From positions 7,923 through 71,922 of IMG/VR virus record IMGVR_UViG_3300024239_000121: DNA of 64,000 nucleotides; one strand, 5' to 3'. The stretch is from a virus. The notes under the pieces are model-generated. The model was given only the letters and a program-made list of their open reading frames with translations, searched no databases and had not been told where the DNA came from. Made by a program: the position numbers and the translations under genes. The stretch's first letter is position 1. Each line of letters begins with the position of its first letter. Shown piece by piece: positions 30,010 to 39,876 of this stretch.

Positions 30010-30654
30010 TTACTGAGTCAACGCTTTCCACGATGCTGGGTACAACGGTGCGATAATTTCGCCCCATTGTTTGGCCAGGTCCTGAATCTCAACCTGAGCA
30101 TGCGCGTCGATGCGTTGTCTGTACGCACGGGCAAAAGCAGCCAGAGATCCAGTCACGTAATAACTGGTGTACATGGACTGTGGCAAAGCCATGCGGGCTT
30201 GTTCTGGAGCAACACCAAGAGCAAGCAACTCTTTGTATGCTTCAGCTGCTTTATCCATTGCCCAGCGATAACGATCTTGTGCCGCTTTCATGTGTTGCAC
30301 AGGGCCTCCACTACCTTGCTTGAGGCTTCCTTCCGGTCTGGTGCGCCATACTTCTGGGAAGAAGAACTCCGGAGTATCATCCACATAGCGGCGAGACACT
30401 TCGTTGTAAGTGAAGCCGACCATGTGCTTGAAGCGCTGGCGTGCGACGAAGATCGGTACGGTTTCACGCAGAGTGATCTGCGGATGGCTGAACGGAGTCC
30501 AGTGGCCGTGGGTGGCGAGATAGTTGATCAACTTCTCGTCACGGGGTTCTACTTTACCGTCGAGATCGAACTCGGATTCCTTCAAGAAGGATACGCGAGC
30601 AGCGTTGACGACCATCAGGTCGTCGCCCAGGTGGGCAATGTAATCGGCTTTCAA
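30010..30654 (-). CDS. thyX: Flavin-dependent thymidylate synthase
   Basis: VVNAARVSF, HWTPF, NEVSRRY, PEQARMALPQ and HAQVEIQ motifs; TTG start with CAGGAG RBS. Confidence 0.93.
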   Translation of the reverse strand: MKADYIAHLGDDLMVVNAARVSFLKESEFDLDGKVEPRDEKLINYLATHGHWTPFSHPQITLRETVPIFVARQRFKHMVGFTYNEVSRRYVDDTPEFFFPEVWRTRPEGSLKQGSGGPVQHMKAAQDRYRWAMDKAAEAYKELLALGVAPEQARMALPQSMYTSYYVTGSLAAFARAYRQRIDAHAQVEIQDLAKQWGEIIAPLYPASWKALTQ

Positions 30655-30668
30655 GATGATCTCCTGGA

Positions 30669-30869
30669 TCAGGATTGAGTTGGGCGTTGAGTGAGACAGC
30701 CGGAACACAGGCAAACATCGCCGTGCTCAACTTCCTTGGCTTGAAGTCCAAAGCACCAGCAAGTGCTCTTGCCGGCTGTAATGTCACAGCGAACAGGCGA
30801 GTTGCACTTCGGGCAGGAATGGAAGGGTTGCGCAGGAAGTTTCCTGAGCAGAGTGCGGTGGTCGCTCAT
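30669..30869 (-). CDS. Cysteine-rich CWC-family small protein
   Basis: CPKC..C..TCWC...CLC..CL pattern. Confidence 0.75.
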   Translation of the reverse strand: MSDHRTLLRKLPAQPFHSCPKCNSPVRCDITAGKSTCWCFGLQAKEVEHGDVCLCSGCLTQRPTQS

Positions 30870-30937
30870 GATAATTCCAGTATCTAAAGCAAGTCTCTGT
30901 ACACTTGTCTGAAAGTTACATTCAGAGGTGTGACAGA

Positions 30938-32191
30938 ATGTCTGAAGGATGGGTATGTGGAACTGGTACAGGGAACTTCCCCAAACCGGGGGACCCGGAT
31001 AATAGTTCAACTCTGACAGCTACTGCTGCATTCGGTGGTATTGATGTGGAGTGGACGTACCCGCTACTCAATCCACATGCAGTAGCGCATACCATTCTAT
31101 ATCGTGGGCTTTCCGATAAGGTCGATGACGCAGTTCGCCACAAAGTAGTGGACGGGACGTTCTTCTACGACAAGACCACAACTGCGACCCAGGTGAAGTA
31201 CTACTACTGGATCGAGTTCGTTTCCGTGAATGGCACGATCGGAAAGAAGATTGGTCCTGCCTCGGCGACTGCGCGTCCGACTGTGCAGCAGGTCATGGAA
31301 ATGCTCACTGGGCAGATTGATGCCGGTGTGCTGGCTCAGAGCCTGAAGAAGAGCATCGACCAGATCCAGCTGAACATGCTTGGGATCAACGCCGAAATGA
31401 TCGAGCGCGCTCGCAGTGACGATGCCTTGGGTGTGTCCTACGCAGAGGTGCAGGCACACAGCGAGAAGACCCGTGCCTTGCTGCAGGAAGAAGTAGTGGC
31501 CCGTACCACCCAGGACAGTGCCGTGGTCCAGGCGGTGAACACGATGTACGCCAACGTGGACAGCACGATTGCTGCTATCCAGACGGATCAGAAGGCCATG
31601 GCCACCAAGCAGGAGGCCCTGGCTCAGTCGCTTACCACGACGCAGACCCAGCTCAGCGACAACATCGCCTCTGTGCAAACCACGATGCAGAGCAGGATCG
31701 ACACGCTCGACGGCAAGGTCACCGAGATCGGTGCGCTGTACACGGCTAAGGTCGACGTGAATGGTCTGATCGGGGGCTTCGGGGTCTACAACGACGGCAA
31801 GATCGTTGAGGCTGGTTTCGATGTGGATCGCTTCTGGGTGGGGCGTACAACCAACAAGGTCAAGCCTTTCATCATCGAGAACGATGAGGTCTTCATCAAC
31901 CGAGCTGCAATTGCCCATGCCTCTATCGACTCGGCACGCATCCAGGATGCAGCTATCACCTCAGCCAAGATCGCCAATGCTGCAATCACCATGGCCAAGA
32001 TCTCCGGTTCGTTGCAGTCGGACAACTTCCAGAAGGGTACTTCCGGTTGGCGTCTGACCAAGGACGGTGAGTTCGAGATGAATGGCAACGTGCCAGGGCA
32101 GGGCAGGACGGTTCGAACTGCCCGCTCCACTCGTGTGTACGATGAGAACGGACGGCTACGTGTACAGATGGGAGACCTAGACGAAAAATGA
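30938..32191 (+). CDS. Tail tip / host-specificity protein resembling the GpJ C-terminus (DUF1983-like)
   Basis: FN3-like N-terminus, coiled coil, AGFDVDRFWV..PFII..VFI..A.I, and C-terminal VYDENGRLRVQMG; GAGG RBS. Confidence 0.8.
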   Translation: MSEGWVCGTGTGNFPKPGDPDNSSTLTATAAFGGIDVEWTYPLLNPHAVAHTILYRGLSDKVDDAVRHKVVDGTFFYDKTTTATQVKYYYWIEFVSVNGTIGKKIGPASATARPTVQQVMEMLTGQIDAGVLAQSLKKSIDQIQLNMLGINAEMIERARSDDALGVSYAEVQAHSEKTRALLQEEVVARTTQDSAVVQAVNTMYANVDSTIAAIQTDQKAMATKQEALAQSLTTTQTQLSDNIASVQTTMQSRIDTLDGKVTEIGALYTAKVDVNGLIGGFGVYNDGKIVEAGFDVDRFWVGRTTNKVKPFIIENDEVFINRAAIAHASIDSARIQDAAITSAKIANAAITMAKISGSLQSDNFQKGTSGWRLTKDGEFEMNGNVPGQGRTVRTARSTRVYDENGRLRVQMGDLDEK

Positions 32192-32571
32192 CATACGGTC
32201 TCCTTACACGTCGCACAGACGGCACTTCGATCCTGACTCCCAGCACATTCACCGTTCGCGTGGTGGATGTGTTCTTCGTATCGCTTCCACAAGTGGTTGG
32301 GGCACAACGTGCTTCGGGTGCCACACCGATTCATCGAGTGGCGAGGGCGAAAGTAAGGCCAGGTATGTTCGGTACGTGTACCCCATCGAAGGCCTATACA
32401 CCTATCGATCCCAAGAAAAACAACGCAGGTATGGCGATGGCTCAGTTGGGGAATCAGGCCGCTCAACTACCCAAGATCACTTGCGAAAGTGGGCAAGTTG
32501 CTCTGTCCGTACCCATTACCAATGGAAAGTTTGGTGGTGATTTCTACGTTCACATTTATGAGTACTTGTGA
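32188..32571 (+). CDS. Putative tail-associated protein
   Basis: Starts MTYGL; coupled to the upstream gene. Confidence 0.65.
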   Translation: MTYGLLTRRTDGTSILTPSTFTVRVVDVFFVSLPQVVGAQRASGATPIHRVARAKVRPGMFGTCTPSKAYTPIDPKKNNAGMAMAQLGNQAAQLPKITCESGQVALSVPITNGKFGGDFYVHIYEYL

Positions 32572-33446
32572 TGTTTGGGATCAACATTCTAGGCGAAGCC
32601 AACAACATCATTCTGGGTGATGAGAATCCAGTTCTGATCCGCAAGTTCCGTGGCCGGTTGAAAGTTACAGTTGCCGGAGCACCGATCTATTGGAAGATCT
32701 ACAACGGGGCGTCGCCGACAGAGGCACATTATGGCTACTGTCAGGTGACTTACCCGGAAGTGATCACTGACCCTCATCCTCCGTTTGTTTTTGCGACTCC
32801 TAGTTCTGCGACGAAGGGGGCTATGGGGTTATTTGCTCATACTGGAGCACCAGGGGCATGGACAGGCTTCTCAGTTCTCTATATCCCGGTAATGACATAT
32901 CAGAATGGCAAGCGTCCTGCTGTTGGAACTGACACCGGATGGGACTACCACGTATGCAAGTTCGGGGACGCGCCCAGTAACGAACGATGGGGTATGCGTG
33001 TCTGGAACTCTGTAGGAAAGCTGACCTTTGACAGTTCCTGGGATGTGGTTCCGTTTCGTTCATTGCTTACAGGCTGGACGAAGATCAGCGGTGGCAAGTA
33101 CGGGGGAGGTAATATCAACGCCAACCACTACTGGGGCAACCGTGTTTACAACGGGTACAAAGACTGTGACGTAGCGTACGAGGTATACAGCCACCCCTGG
33201 GGAGTGGAGAACGGAACTCTTGGCGTAATGGTCTCTTCACTGTCCTCGTTGAGGTGTACAGCAGATGTGGGTTATTCGGAAGACTACCAATTCACCACTG
33301 CTCCGATGATTGGATTTCTTGGAGCTGATCGTAAGACGATCAATGCAAGTGTCTGTTTCGGTCACCTGCAGCACGCCAGTACTGTATATCCTGCAATGAA
33401 TAGCTTTGCATTGATGACGGCGGACTTTGCACACTCTATTGCCTAA
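32571..33446 (+). CDS. Putative tail / receptor-associated protein
   Basis: MFGINI start; WGMRVWN..GKLTFDS motif; lower GC. Confidence 0.65.
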   Translation: MFGINILGEANNIILGDENPVLIRKFRGRLKVTVAGAPIYWKIYNGASPTEAHYGYCQVTYPEVITDPHPPFVFATPSSATKGAMGLFAHTGAPGAWTGFSVLYIPVMTYQNGKRPAVGTDTGWDYHVCKFGDAPSNERWGMRVWNSVGKLTFDSSWDVVPFRSLLTGWTKISGGKYGGGNINANHYWGNRVYNGYKDCDVAYEVYSHPWGVENGTLGVMVSSLSSLRCTADVGYSEDYQFTTAPMIGFLGADRKTINASVCFGHLQHASTVYPAMNSFALMTADFAHSIA

Positions 33447-33447
33447 T

Positions 33448-33476
33448 TTGATTTTCAATAGTTGTCTCTATAGATT
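33448..33476 (+). promoter_or_regulatory. Possible sigma70 promoter
   Basis: TTGATT-17 bp-TAGATT. Confidence 0.45.
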
Positions 33477-33518
33477 CCGCCTGAACATGTATGGGTGGAT
33501 TAAGAGACTGTGAGACGA

Positions 33519-33579
33519 AGATCTCCAGCAACACTTAGGCCGCGCTCATAGTTGCCATCCTTATTGTTGCTGGAGATCT
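33519..33579 (+). promoter_or_regulatory. Perfect 15-bp inverted repeat occluding the RBS of the gene at 33582
   Basis: AGATCTCCAGCAACA / TGTTGCTGGAGATCT; the GGAG RBS lies in the 3' arm. Confidence 0.75.
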
Positions 33580-33581
33580 CT

Positions 33582-33986
33582 ATGTCTGCCTTTTCCGATT
33601 ACCTGGAAGCTCAGCTGATCAACACCACTCTGCGTGGTGCCACTTACACCGGGGGCAGTGTTTTCATTGCTCTGTTCACTGCCGATCCGACTGATGCCGG
33701 AACCGGTGCTGAACTGACCGACAGCGGTTATATCCGTCAGCGTGCCCACACTACTGTGGCCTCCGATGGCTTCACCGTGCCGGCCAACGGTTCTTCGAGT
33801 AATACCAAGAACATCATCTTCCCGGCCATCGTCGATGCCCAGAAGACGATCACCCATTGGGGCATCTTCGATGCACAAACCAGTGGCAACTTGCTGTATC
33901 ACTCCTCGATGCTGAACCCGAAAACCCTGGACCCGACCGACGTTCTGTCGTTCCCGGTTGGCTCGCTCATCGTCACGCTGAGCTAA
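33582..33986 (+). CDS. Virion/tail structural protein
   Basis: SDYLE..L, ALFTADPTD, ITHWGIFDA..SGNLL family pattern. Confidence 0.8.
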   Translation: MSAFSDYLEAQLINTTLRGATYTGGSVFIALFTADPTDAGTGAELTDSGYIRQRAHTTVASDGFTVPANGSSSNTKNIIFPAIVDAQKTITHWGIFDAQTSGNLLYHSSMLNPKTLDPTDVLSFPVGSLIVTLS

Positions 33987-33990
33987 GCCC

Positions 33991-35508
33991 ATGTCCGTGC
34001 GCTTTGGTCAAACGCTATTCGGTGGAGGCTCCGTTGCAGGCTTGGTTGCTGCAGCGGGCCTTGCCGTGTGTATGGCCCAGGCGCAGGCGTCTGGAGTCAT
34101 CACCAAACGGGCTGTGCCTGCATCTGTTGTGGCGAAAGCCACCGTGCAGGCCACGCCTCGTCGTTCTGTCTATGGCCGTGGAAAGCTGGCTGCTTGTATC
34201 GCACAGGCTTACGGCAACTCGGCTGCGACCTACATGGGTCGCGGTGTCCTGCAGGCTGGGGCCAATGCCTCCGGCTATTCACGGGTAGATTTCTCTGGCT
34301 ATGGCGATGCGTTCGCCAAGGCCACTCTCAACGGCAAGCCTGTCCGTCTGGCCAAGTGCCGGACTGTGGCTGCTCGTGCTTATGCCTTTGGTGAGGCAGA
34401 CGCGCTTGTAGCCTTGATGGCTCAAGCCAATCCGGCTGTGGCTACAGCCACCCTGTTCGGTACGACTCACCATGTCGGTCATGGCCTGGCTCACGGCATT
34501 GCCTCGGTTCAAGCCCGAGCCAGTTACACCTATGGGGGTGCCGGCCAGGCTGAGGCCACGTCCTACCTGGAGGGGGAAGCACGCTTCCAGATCGGTGGTG
34601 CAGGCGTCGCCAACGGAACTGTTCACGTCTCCGGTGAACCAGCAGTCACGAAGGACGGTATTCGCTACTTCACCACCTGGGGTGAAGCACTCTGCTTTGC
34701 GGATGCCTACGCCGGTACGGTAGGTATCCACCAGGCTCAGACCGGGCGTGCATATGCCACGTTGACCGGCAAGGCCAACTATCGACTGGGTGGGGCAGGG
34801 CATGCCCGTGCCTACGCCATTTTGTGGGCAGATCCGTTGGCTGCATCCACGGCAGCTACTGCACTAGGAGGTAGCTGCAAGGCGGATGCTCATGCCGAAG
34901 GACAGGTGTTGTTCAGCAGCAAGGGTCATGCAGTGGCTCGGGCAACTGGCTATGGCGATGCCCAGGTCAAGACAACCAAGGCTCTACCCAAGGCTGCTAC
35001 TGCCAAGGCTACCGTCACGTCTGGTCAGGCTCTGGTGATCAACACCAAGGCCAATCCTGACGATGCCTACGGGTTTGCCCACGCCAGAGGACGTGCCAGC
35101 AAGCTGGTTGAGGCGTTCACCCATCCGATTGCACTGGCTTACGTCGCGTCTGGTAATGGCATCAAGACCCTGACTGGCTACGCCATTGGAGTGGGTCGTG
35201 CTGCTCTCACTGGCCAGCCCGTACGGACTCACTTCGCTTCCGGCCATGCCGAGTGTGCGGCTGAAGCCTGCAACGTCGAGGTTGGTGTCGGGGTGTTCCC
35301 GTTGCCTGCTCAGGCCGTTGTGGAAGTCCATTCCTCCGAGGCTCTGCGTACCCACGCGGGCAAGGGTGTTGCCCTGGCCACTGCTCAGGCAGTCGGCATG
35401 AACCAGGTCAATGACCTGACTCGGGCACCTGCCGATCGCACCGTCTTCGTCGAAGCCGAATCCCGAAACATCACCGTCGAGTTTGAAGACCGACGCATCG
35501 TCGTGTGA
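33991..35508 (+). CDS. Ala/Gly-rich tail structural protein
   Basis: 505 aa with alternating small-residue repeats, within the tail operon. Confidence 0.7.
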   Translation: MSVRFGQTLFGGGSVAGLVAAAGLAVCMAQAQASGVITKRAVPASVVAKATVQATPRRSVYGRGKLAACIAQAYGNSAATYMGRGVLQAGANASGYSRVDFSGYGDAFAKATLNGKPVRLAKCRTVAARAYAFGEADALVALMAQANPAVATATLFGTTHHVGHGLAHGIASVQARASYTYGGAGQAEATSYLEGEARFQIGGAGVANGTVHVSGEPAVTKDGIRYFTTWGEALCFADAYAGTVGIHQAQTGRAYATLTGKANYRLGGAGHARAYAILWADPLAASTAATALGGSCKADAHAEGQVLFSSKGHAVARATGYGDAQVKTTKALPKAATAKATVTSGQALVINTKANPDDAYGFAHARGRASKLVEAFTHPIALAYVASGNGIKTLTGYAIGVGRAALTGQPVRTHFASGHAECAAEACNVEVGVGVFPLPAQAVVEVHSSEALRTHAGKGVALATAQAVGMNQVNDLTRAPADRTVFVEAESRNITVEFEDRRIVV

Positions 35509-35515
35509 GGACATT

Positions 35516-35833
35516 ATGGAAACGAAGCTGAAACAACCCCGTGAAGTCCTCGATTACGACGTGGACCTGAGTGCCTGGTTCGCCTCGATCCCGACTGACG
35601 ACATTCAGTCGGTGGACATTTCCATCAGCAGTTATCAGGAGGAGGTCCCGACCCTGGTGTTGGGACCTGCTCCACACCAGCCCTACATCCTGATGGGGGA
35701 GACCCCGGTCTCTTTCAAGATCTGGTTGGGTGGTGGCACGGATCGCACCGAATACATCGTCACCTGCGTGGTTCGTACCGAGCAGGACCGGCAGAAAGAA
35801 GTTGAATTCAAGATCAAGGTGCGAAACGTATGA
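35516..35833 (+). CDS. Tail-associated (head-tail adaptor-like) protein
   Basis: KQPREVLDYDVD..W and KIWLGGG..Y.VTC pattern; GAGG RBS. Confidence 0.75.
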   Translation: METKLKQPREVLDYDVDLSAWFASIPTDDIQSVDISISSYQEEVPTLVLGPAPHQPYILMGETPVSFKIWLGGGTDRTEYIVTCVVRTEQDRQKEVEFKIKVRNV

Positions 35834-38406
35834 GCGTAAAGAACCTGGTTCAGTGCCCGCTGATCACGCCGGTATCCTCGACTGCCACTGAGTTGCTGCT
35901 CGGTGCGGTATCGGCTCCCTACAGCCTGCCTCCTCTGGATGGTGGGATTCTGGTCATCGCTGATAGCCCCTCGAAGCCCAGCTTCGTCGAGTTCATCACG
36001 TACACCCATCGGATTGACAACGTGCTCTACGGTGTCAGCCGTGGACAGGAAGAGACTGCTGCGCGTGCCTGGTCTGGTGTGACCTACGTCTACCAGGCCC
36101 TGACGGCTGATCAGTACACCAGCGAGCTGGCTTCCAAGGAGCCAGTGATTCCTCCGGGAACAACTGCTCAGTACTGGCGTGGTGATAAGTCGTTCCAGGA
36201 TCTGGCCACGGCTATTCGTGCTGCCAACCTGACTGGTTTCTCGACGGCTACCAACTCGCCTGTGGTATCAACCGATACCTTGCTGGCTGCGCTTGGAAAG
36301 CTGCAGGCCCAGGTCAGTGCGCGACTGTTGTCAACTGCTAATGCCGTGTCTGCCACCAAGTTGCAGACTGCCCGGACTATCTCCGTGGCGGGTGATGCAA
36401 CTGGATCGTTGACCTTCGACGGTACAGCCAACGTCTCGATGGATGTGTCCTTGCAACCATCAGGGGTGTCGGCAGGTACATTTACCAAGGTGACGGTGGA
36501 TTCCAAGGGGCGAGTAACGGCAGGTACTTCACTGGTTGCGGCTGATATCCCTACACTGAACCAGAACACCACAGGCAACGCCGGTACTGCCACGAAGCTA
36601 CAGACCTCTCGCACGATAAACGGCGTAGCTTTTGACGGTACGTCGAACATCACTGTTGCTGACTCGACCAAGCTGCCTTTGACTGGCGGCTCCATTTCCG
36701 GCTACGTGACATTCACCACCCGCGAAGCTGGTATCTACGGCACCTACGACTCGACAAAGATCGACTCTATATGGTCGATGGGTACCGCGTATCGCGTAGC
36801 TGCTGACGGTTCGACGTTTGGGAACTTGTACGGCATGGCCTATAAGCACACCAACAATACGACCGGCGGTACAATGGCTGCTGGCCACCAGGTCGTGTTC
36901 TGTAGCAATGGATCGCCAGGTGTTGCAATAGGTCTTGCCGGTAACGTATGGAACTCAGGTATCTATTACGGTAGCGGCGCAGGTCTAACAGCAATCCCTG
37001 CTGCACAGCTCACTGGCACCGTTCCAGATGCTGTTCTACCTGCGAGCATCACGTCGAGCATCACTGGTAACGCCGCTACTGCTACCAAGCTGGCCACTGC
37101 TCGATCCATTGCCCTGGCTGGTGATGTGACTGGCTCGGCTACTTTCGATGGCTCGGCAAACGTGTCGATCTCGGCAACGGTCGCTAATGATAGTCATACG
37201 CACGACACGCGCTATCCAGTGCTTTCGGCGGAGCGCGTTCTGGCAGCTGTTCCTGCTGGTAGCTGGGTGACGATTGCTCAAGTACCAAGTAACGGCGGTC
37301 GGGCTTATGGTGAGTTCATCGTCTACGATACGGATTCCGCTAAGCACAATTTCGTCAAGATCATCGCCTCGCACAGCTACGGTCAGAGTGTGGTTGCATG
37401 TGTCGGCGGTAACCGCTTCGGCACACGAACCATCGCTCACGTCAGAGTCCTGTATGCAACGGCAGATCGAACTTATGGCGGCGCTAAGCTTCAGGTGTAC
37501 ATTGAGAACACTTGCAACCTTCGTGTTCGCGCGCTGATGATCAACCAGATCAACGGCTGGAGCGCGTGGTCTGAAATGACGCCGGTGGTCGAAGGAACAC
37601 CTACTGGCTGGGCGGAAGATACGACTACCCGCTACGACGACATCACCAACACCGCAACCGGCTTCAGCGGTTCGTTCTCAGGCAATGGCGCGCTGCTGAC
37701 AGGTCTGAATGCCGCAAATCTGGCATCCGGCACGATCCCTGACGCTCGCTTGAGCGGCACCTACACCGGCGTGAATATCACCGGTAACGCCGCTACAGCA
37801 ACTGCCCTGCAGACCGCGCGAACTATCAACGGGGTGAGCTTTAACGGCACGTCGAACATCACCATTGCTGACTCCACGAAGCTCCCCCTGGCCGGGGGAA
37901 GTCTGAGTGGAGCGCTGAAGGTGGTCGTCAACACTGCTGGTTCCAACTACGGAGACGGCCAGCTGGAGCTCCGTAACAGCGATGGGGGCCACGTTTCGAT
38001 GGGCTTCCACCGTGGCGGTTACACCGCGTGCCAGCTTCGCCACTCCGGCAACGGCCTGATTCTCTCAGGTACCGGCCAGACGACGGCTGCTGACCTGTAC
38101 GTCTACGGTAACGTGACGGCCTACTCGGACGAGCGGCTCAAGACTGACATCGAGACCATCCCGGAAGCTCTGGCGAAGGTCGAGCAGATGAATGGCGTCA
38201 CCTTCGCCAAGACCAACGAGGAAGAGGCGCGCCGCCACACGGGCGTTATCGCACAGGAAGTGCTGGCCGTTCTCCCTGAAGCAGTTCACATGGGCGATGA
38301 CGGGTTCTACTCCGTAGCCTACGGCAACCTGGTTGGTCTGCTGGTTGAGGCGATCAAGGAGCTGAAAGCTGAGGTCGACGAGCTGAAATTGAAGGTGGCT
38401 GCCTGA
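35830..38406 (+). CDS. Long tail fibre with C-terminal intramolecular chaperone (peptidase S74)
   Basis: Repeated ATKLxTART..FDG modules, TKVTVDSKGRVT, and C-terminal YSDERLKTDI..GVIAQEV..V.YGNLVGLLVEAIKEL. Confidence 0.92.
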   Translation: MSVKNLVQCPLITPVSSTATELLLGAVSAPYSLPPLDGGILVIADSPSKPSFVEFITYTHRIDNVLYGVSRGQEETAARAWSGVTYVYQALTADQYTSELASKEPVIPPGTTAQYWRGDKSFQDLATAIRAANLTGFSTATNSPVVSTDTLLAALGKLQAQVSARLLSTANAVSATKLQTARTISVAGDATGSLTFDGTANVSMDVSLQPSGVSAGTFTKVTVDSKGRVTAGTSLVAADIPTLNQNTTGNAGTATKLQTSRTINGVAFDGTSNITVADSTKLPLTGGSISGYVTFTTREAGIYGTYDSTKIDSIWSMGTAYRVAADGSTFGNLYGMAYKHTNNTTGGTMAAGHQVVFCSNGSPGVAIGLAGNVWNSGIYYGSGAGLTAIPAAQLTGTVPDAVLPASITSSITGNAATATKLATARSIALAGDVTGSATFDGSANVSISATVANDSHTHDTRYPVLSAERVLAAVPAGSWVTIAQVPSNGGRAYGEFIVYDTDSAKHNFVKIIASHSYGQSVVACVGGNRFGTRTIAHVRVLYATADRTYGGAKLQVYIENTCNLRVRALMINQINGWSAWSEMTPVVEGTPTGWAEDTTTRYDDITNTATGFSGSFSGNGALLTGLNAANLASGTIPDARLSGTYTGVNITGNAATATALQTARTINGVSFNGTSNITIADSTKLPLAGGSLSGALKVVVNTAGSNYGDGQLELRNSDGGHVSMGFHRGGYTACQLRHSGNGLILSGTGQTTAADLYVYGNVTAYSDERLKTDIETIPEALAKVEQMNGVTFAKTNEEEARRHTGVIAQEVLAVLPEAVHMGDDGFYSVAYGNLVGLLVEAIKELKAEVDELKLKVAA

Positions 38407-38407
38407 T

Positions 38408-39268
38408 ATGACACTTCAAACTTCTGGCGCAATCAGCCTATCTGACGTCAACTTGGAGTTGAAACTCTCAGCTACCGCGACGATCAGCCTTAACGACTCT
38501 GCGGTGCGTGGTTTGTTCGGTAAAGCCAGTGGGGTTATCTCCCTGAGCGACGGCTATGGTAAGGCAAGCGAGATTCGCTACATCAACACCGCAAATCGAA
38601 CTGCTGCAAGCATCTACGAGCTGATGGGTTCCCCCACCCAACCTGGGAACTACATCTTCGAGAACCAGGCCACGATTTCAGCAGGTACTGGCACATACGC
38701 GCTCCGTACCGGGGTTTTCCCTGCTGGCTCGACGCTGTTGATCGTCAACAAAGGGTACATCCGAGGTAAAGGTGGGAACGGCGGCACCCCAGGAGTGGCC
38801 GGTGCTGCCGGTGGTACCGCGCTTTACGTGGACATGGACTGCACCATCGACAACACCAATGGGTACATCTTCGGCGGTGGTGGAGGTGGTGGAGGTGCAT
38901 CTTGTGTCAATAGCTCCATCTCCGTGTCCCTGTACGCCAGTGGCGGCGGGGGAGCCGGTAGTGCAGAAGGCGCAGGAGGCTCCACAACGCAGGTTGGTTC
39001 CCCTGGCACAGCCACGACTGGAGGGGCAGGAGGCTCTGCGACCTACACATTTGCTGTCACTGGCAAGACTTGGGGGGCCGTTGGTGGTGCCGGTGGTGCT
39101 AACGGCGCTGCCGGTGTTAACGGCTCCTATATCACAGCAGGGGGCACCGGCTGGACTTACATCACAACAACAGGTGGCGCTGCTGGAGCAGCCATCGCCA
39201 GGAACGGTAAGACCGTAACCATCACTGCAGGCAACGACACAACACGAATCAAAGGGGCAGTTGCATGA
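38408..39268 (+). CDS. Gly-rich tail-fibre tip adhesin (T-even gp38-like)
   Basis: MTLQTSGAISLSDVN N-terminus; GKGGNGG, IFGGGGGGG and further Gly-rich motifs. Confidence 0.75.
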   Translation: MTLQTSGAISLSDVNLELKLSATATISLNDSAVRGLFGKASGVISLSDGYGKASEIRYINTANRTAASIYELMGSPTQPGNYIFENQATISAGTGTYALRTGVFPAGSTLLIVNKGYIRGKGGNGGTPGVAGAAGGTALYVDMDCTIDNTNGYIFGGGGGGGGASCVNSSISVSLYASGGGGAGSAEGAGGSTTQVGSPGTATTGGAGGSATYTFAVTGKTWGAVGGAGGANGAAGVNGSYITAGGTGWTYITTTGGAAGAAIARNGKTVTITAGNDTTRIKGAVA

Positions 39269-39876
39269 CCGATTTTAAAGTGCTTTCCATCGACACCGAA
39301 ATGAAGCAGATGGTGGTGGATTGGGGGTTTGTGACCCTCAACCACGATATTCCACTCTACATCCTGGAGAACCCAGGTATCAGCCAAGAGCTGATGCTGG
39401 AGCATATTGGGTACATGCGACCTCCTGTTTCAGTCGATCTGCCGGTCCCTAATGACCTGTTGACACTTGTTCAGGCCGAGCCGGAACAAGAGCCAACGCT
39501 GGATGATTTGAAGGCCTATAAACGCGTGCAGATTGATGAATGGCGGGTACAGGCCGAGCAGAAGGGGCTGACTTACACCTTTCCTGGAGGCGCTGTCGAC
39601 TGCATCCAACTACGCCATGAACGGGATCTGGCTAATGTGAACGGCCAGGCTTCTGCGGCGCTGATCCTGCATGCGGATGGTGTCACCGATGCTGTGATTC
39701 CTCTGCGTGCCGAGAGCAACACGACCTACATGCTGACACCGGCTCAGGTGCTGGCAATGGGCATGGCTGTGAACCAGTTTGTGGGGCAGGGCTACCAGAT
39801 AGCGTGGACCCTAAAAGAGCAGGTGGAAGCGGCTACCACGCAAGATATGCTGGAGGCGATCAAATGGCCCGAATGA
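39265..39876 (+). CDS. Tail fibre assembly protein (DUF4376-like)
   Basis: C-terminal AW.LKEQVEAATT...IKWP; position in the tail operon. Confidence 0.7.
   Translation: MTDFKVLSIDTEMKQMVVDWGFVTLNHDIPLYILENPGISQELMLEHIGYMRPPVSVDLPVPNDLLTLVQAEPEQEPTLDDLKAYKRVQIDEWRVQAEQKGLTYTFPGGAVDCIQLRHERDLANVNGQASAALILHADGVTDAVIPLRAESNTTYMLTPAQVLAMGMAVNQFVGQGYQIAWTLKEQVEAATTQDMLEAIKWPE

Noticed and set aside
36340-37900. Tail-fibre repeats as a DGR or invertible cassette
   Set aside because: The repeats are direct, in frame and diverged at synonymous sites. No reverse transcriptase or invertase is present.
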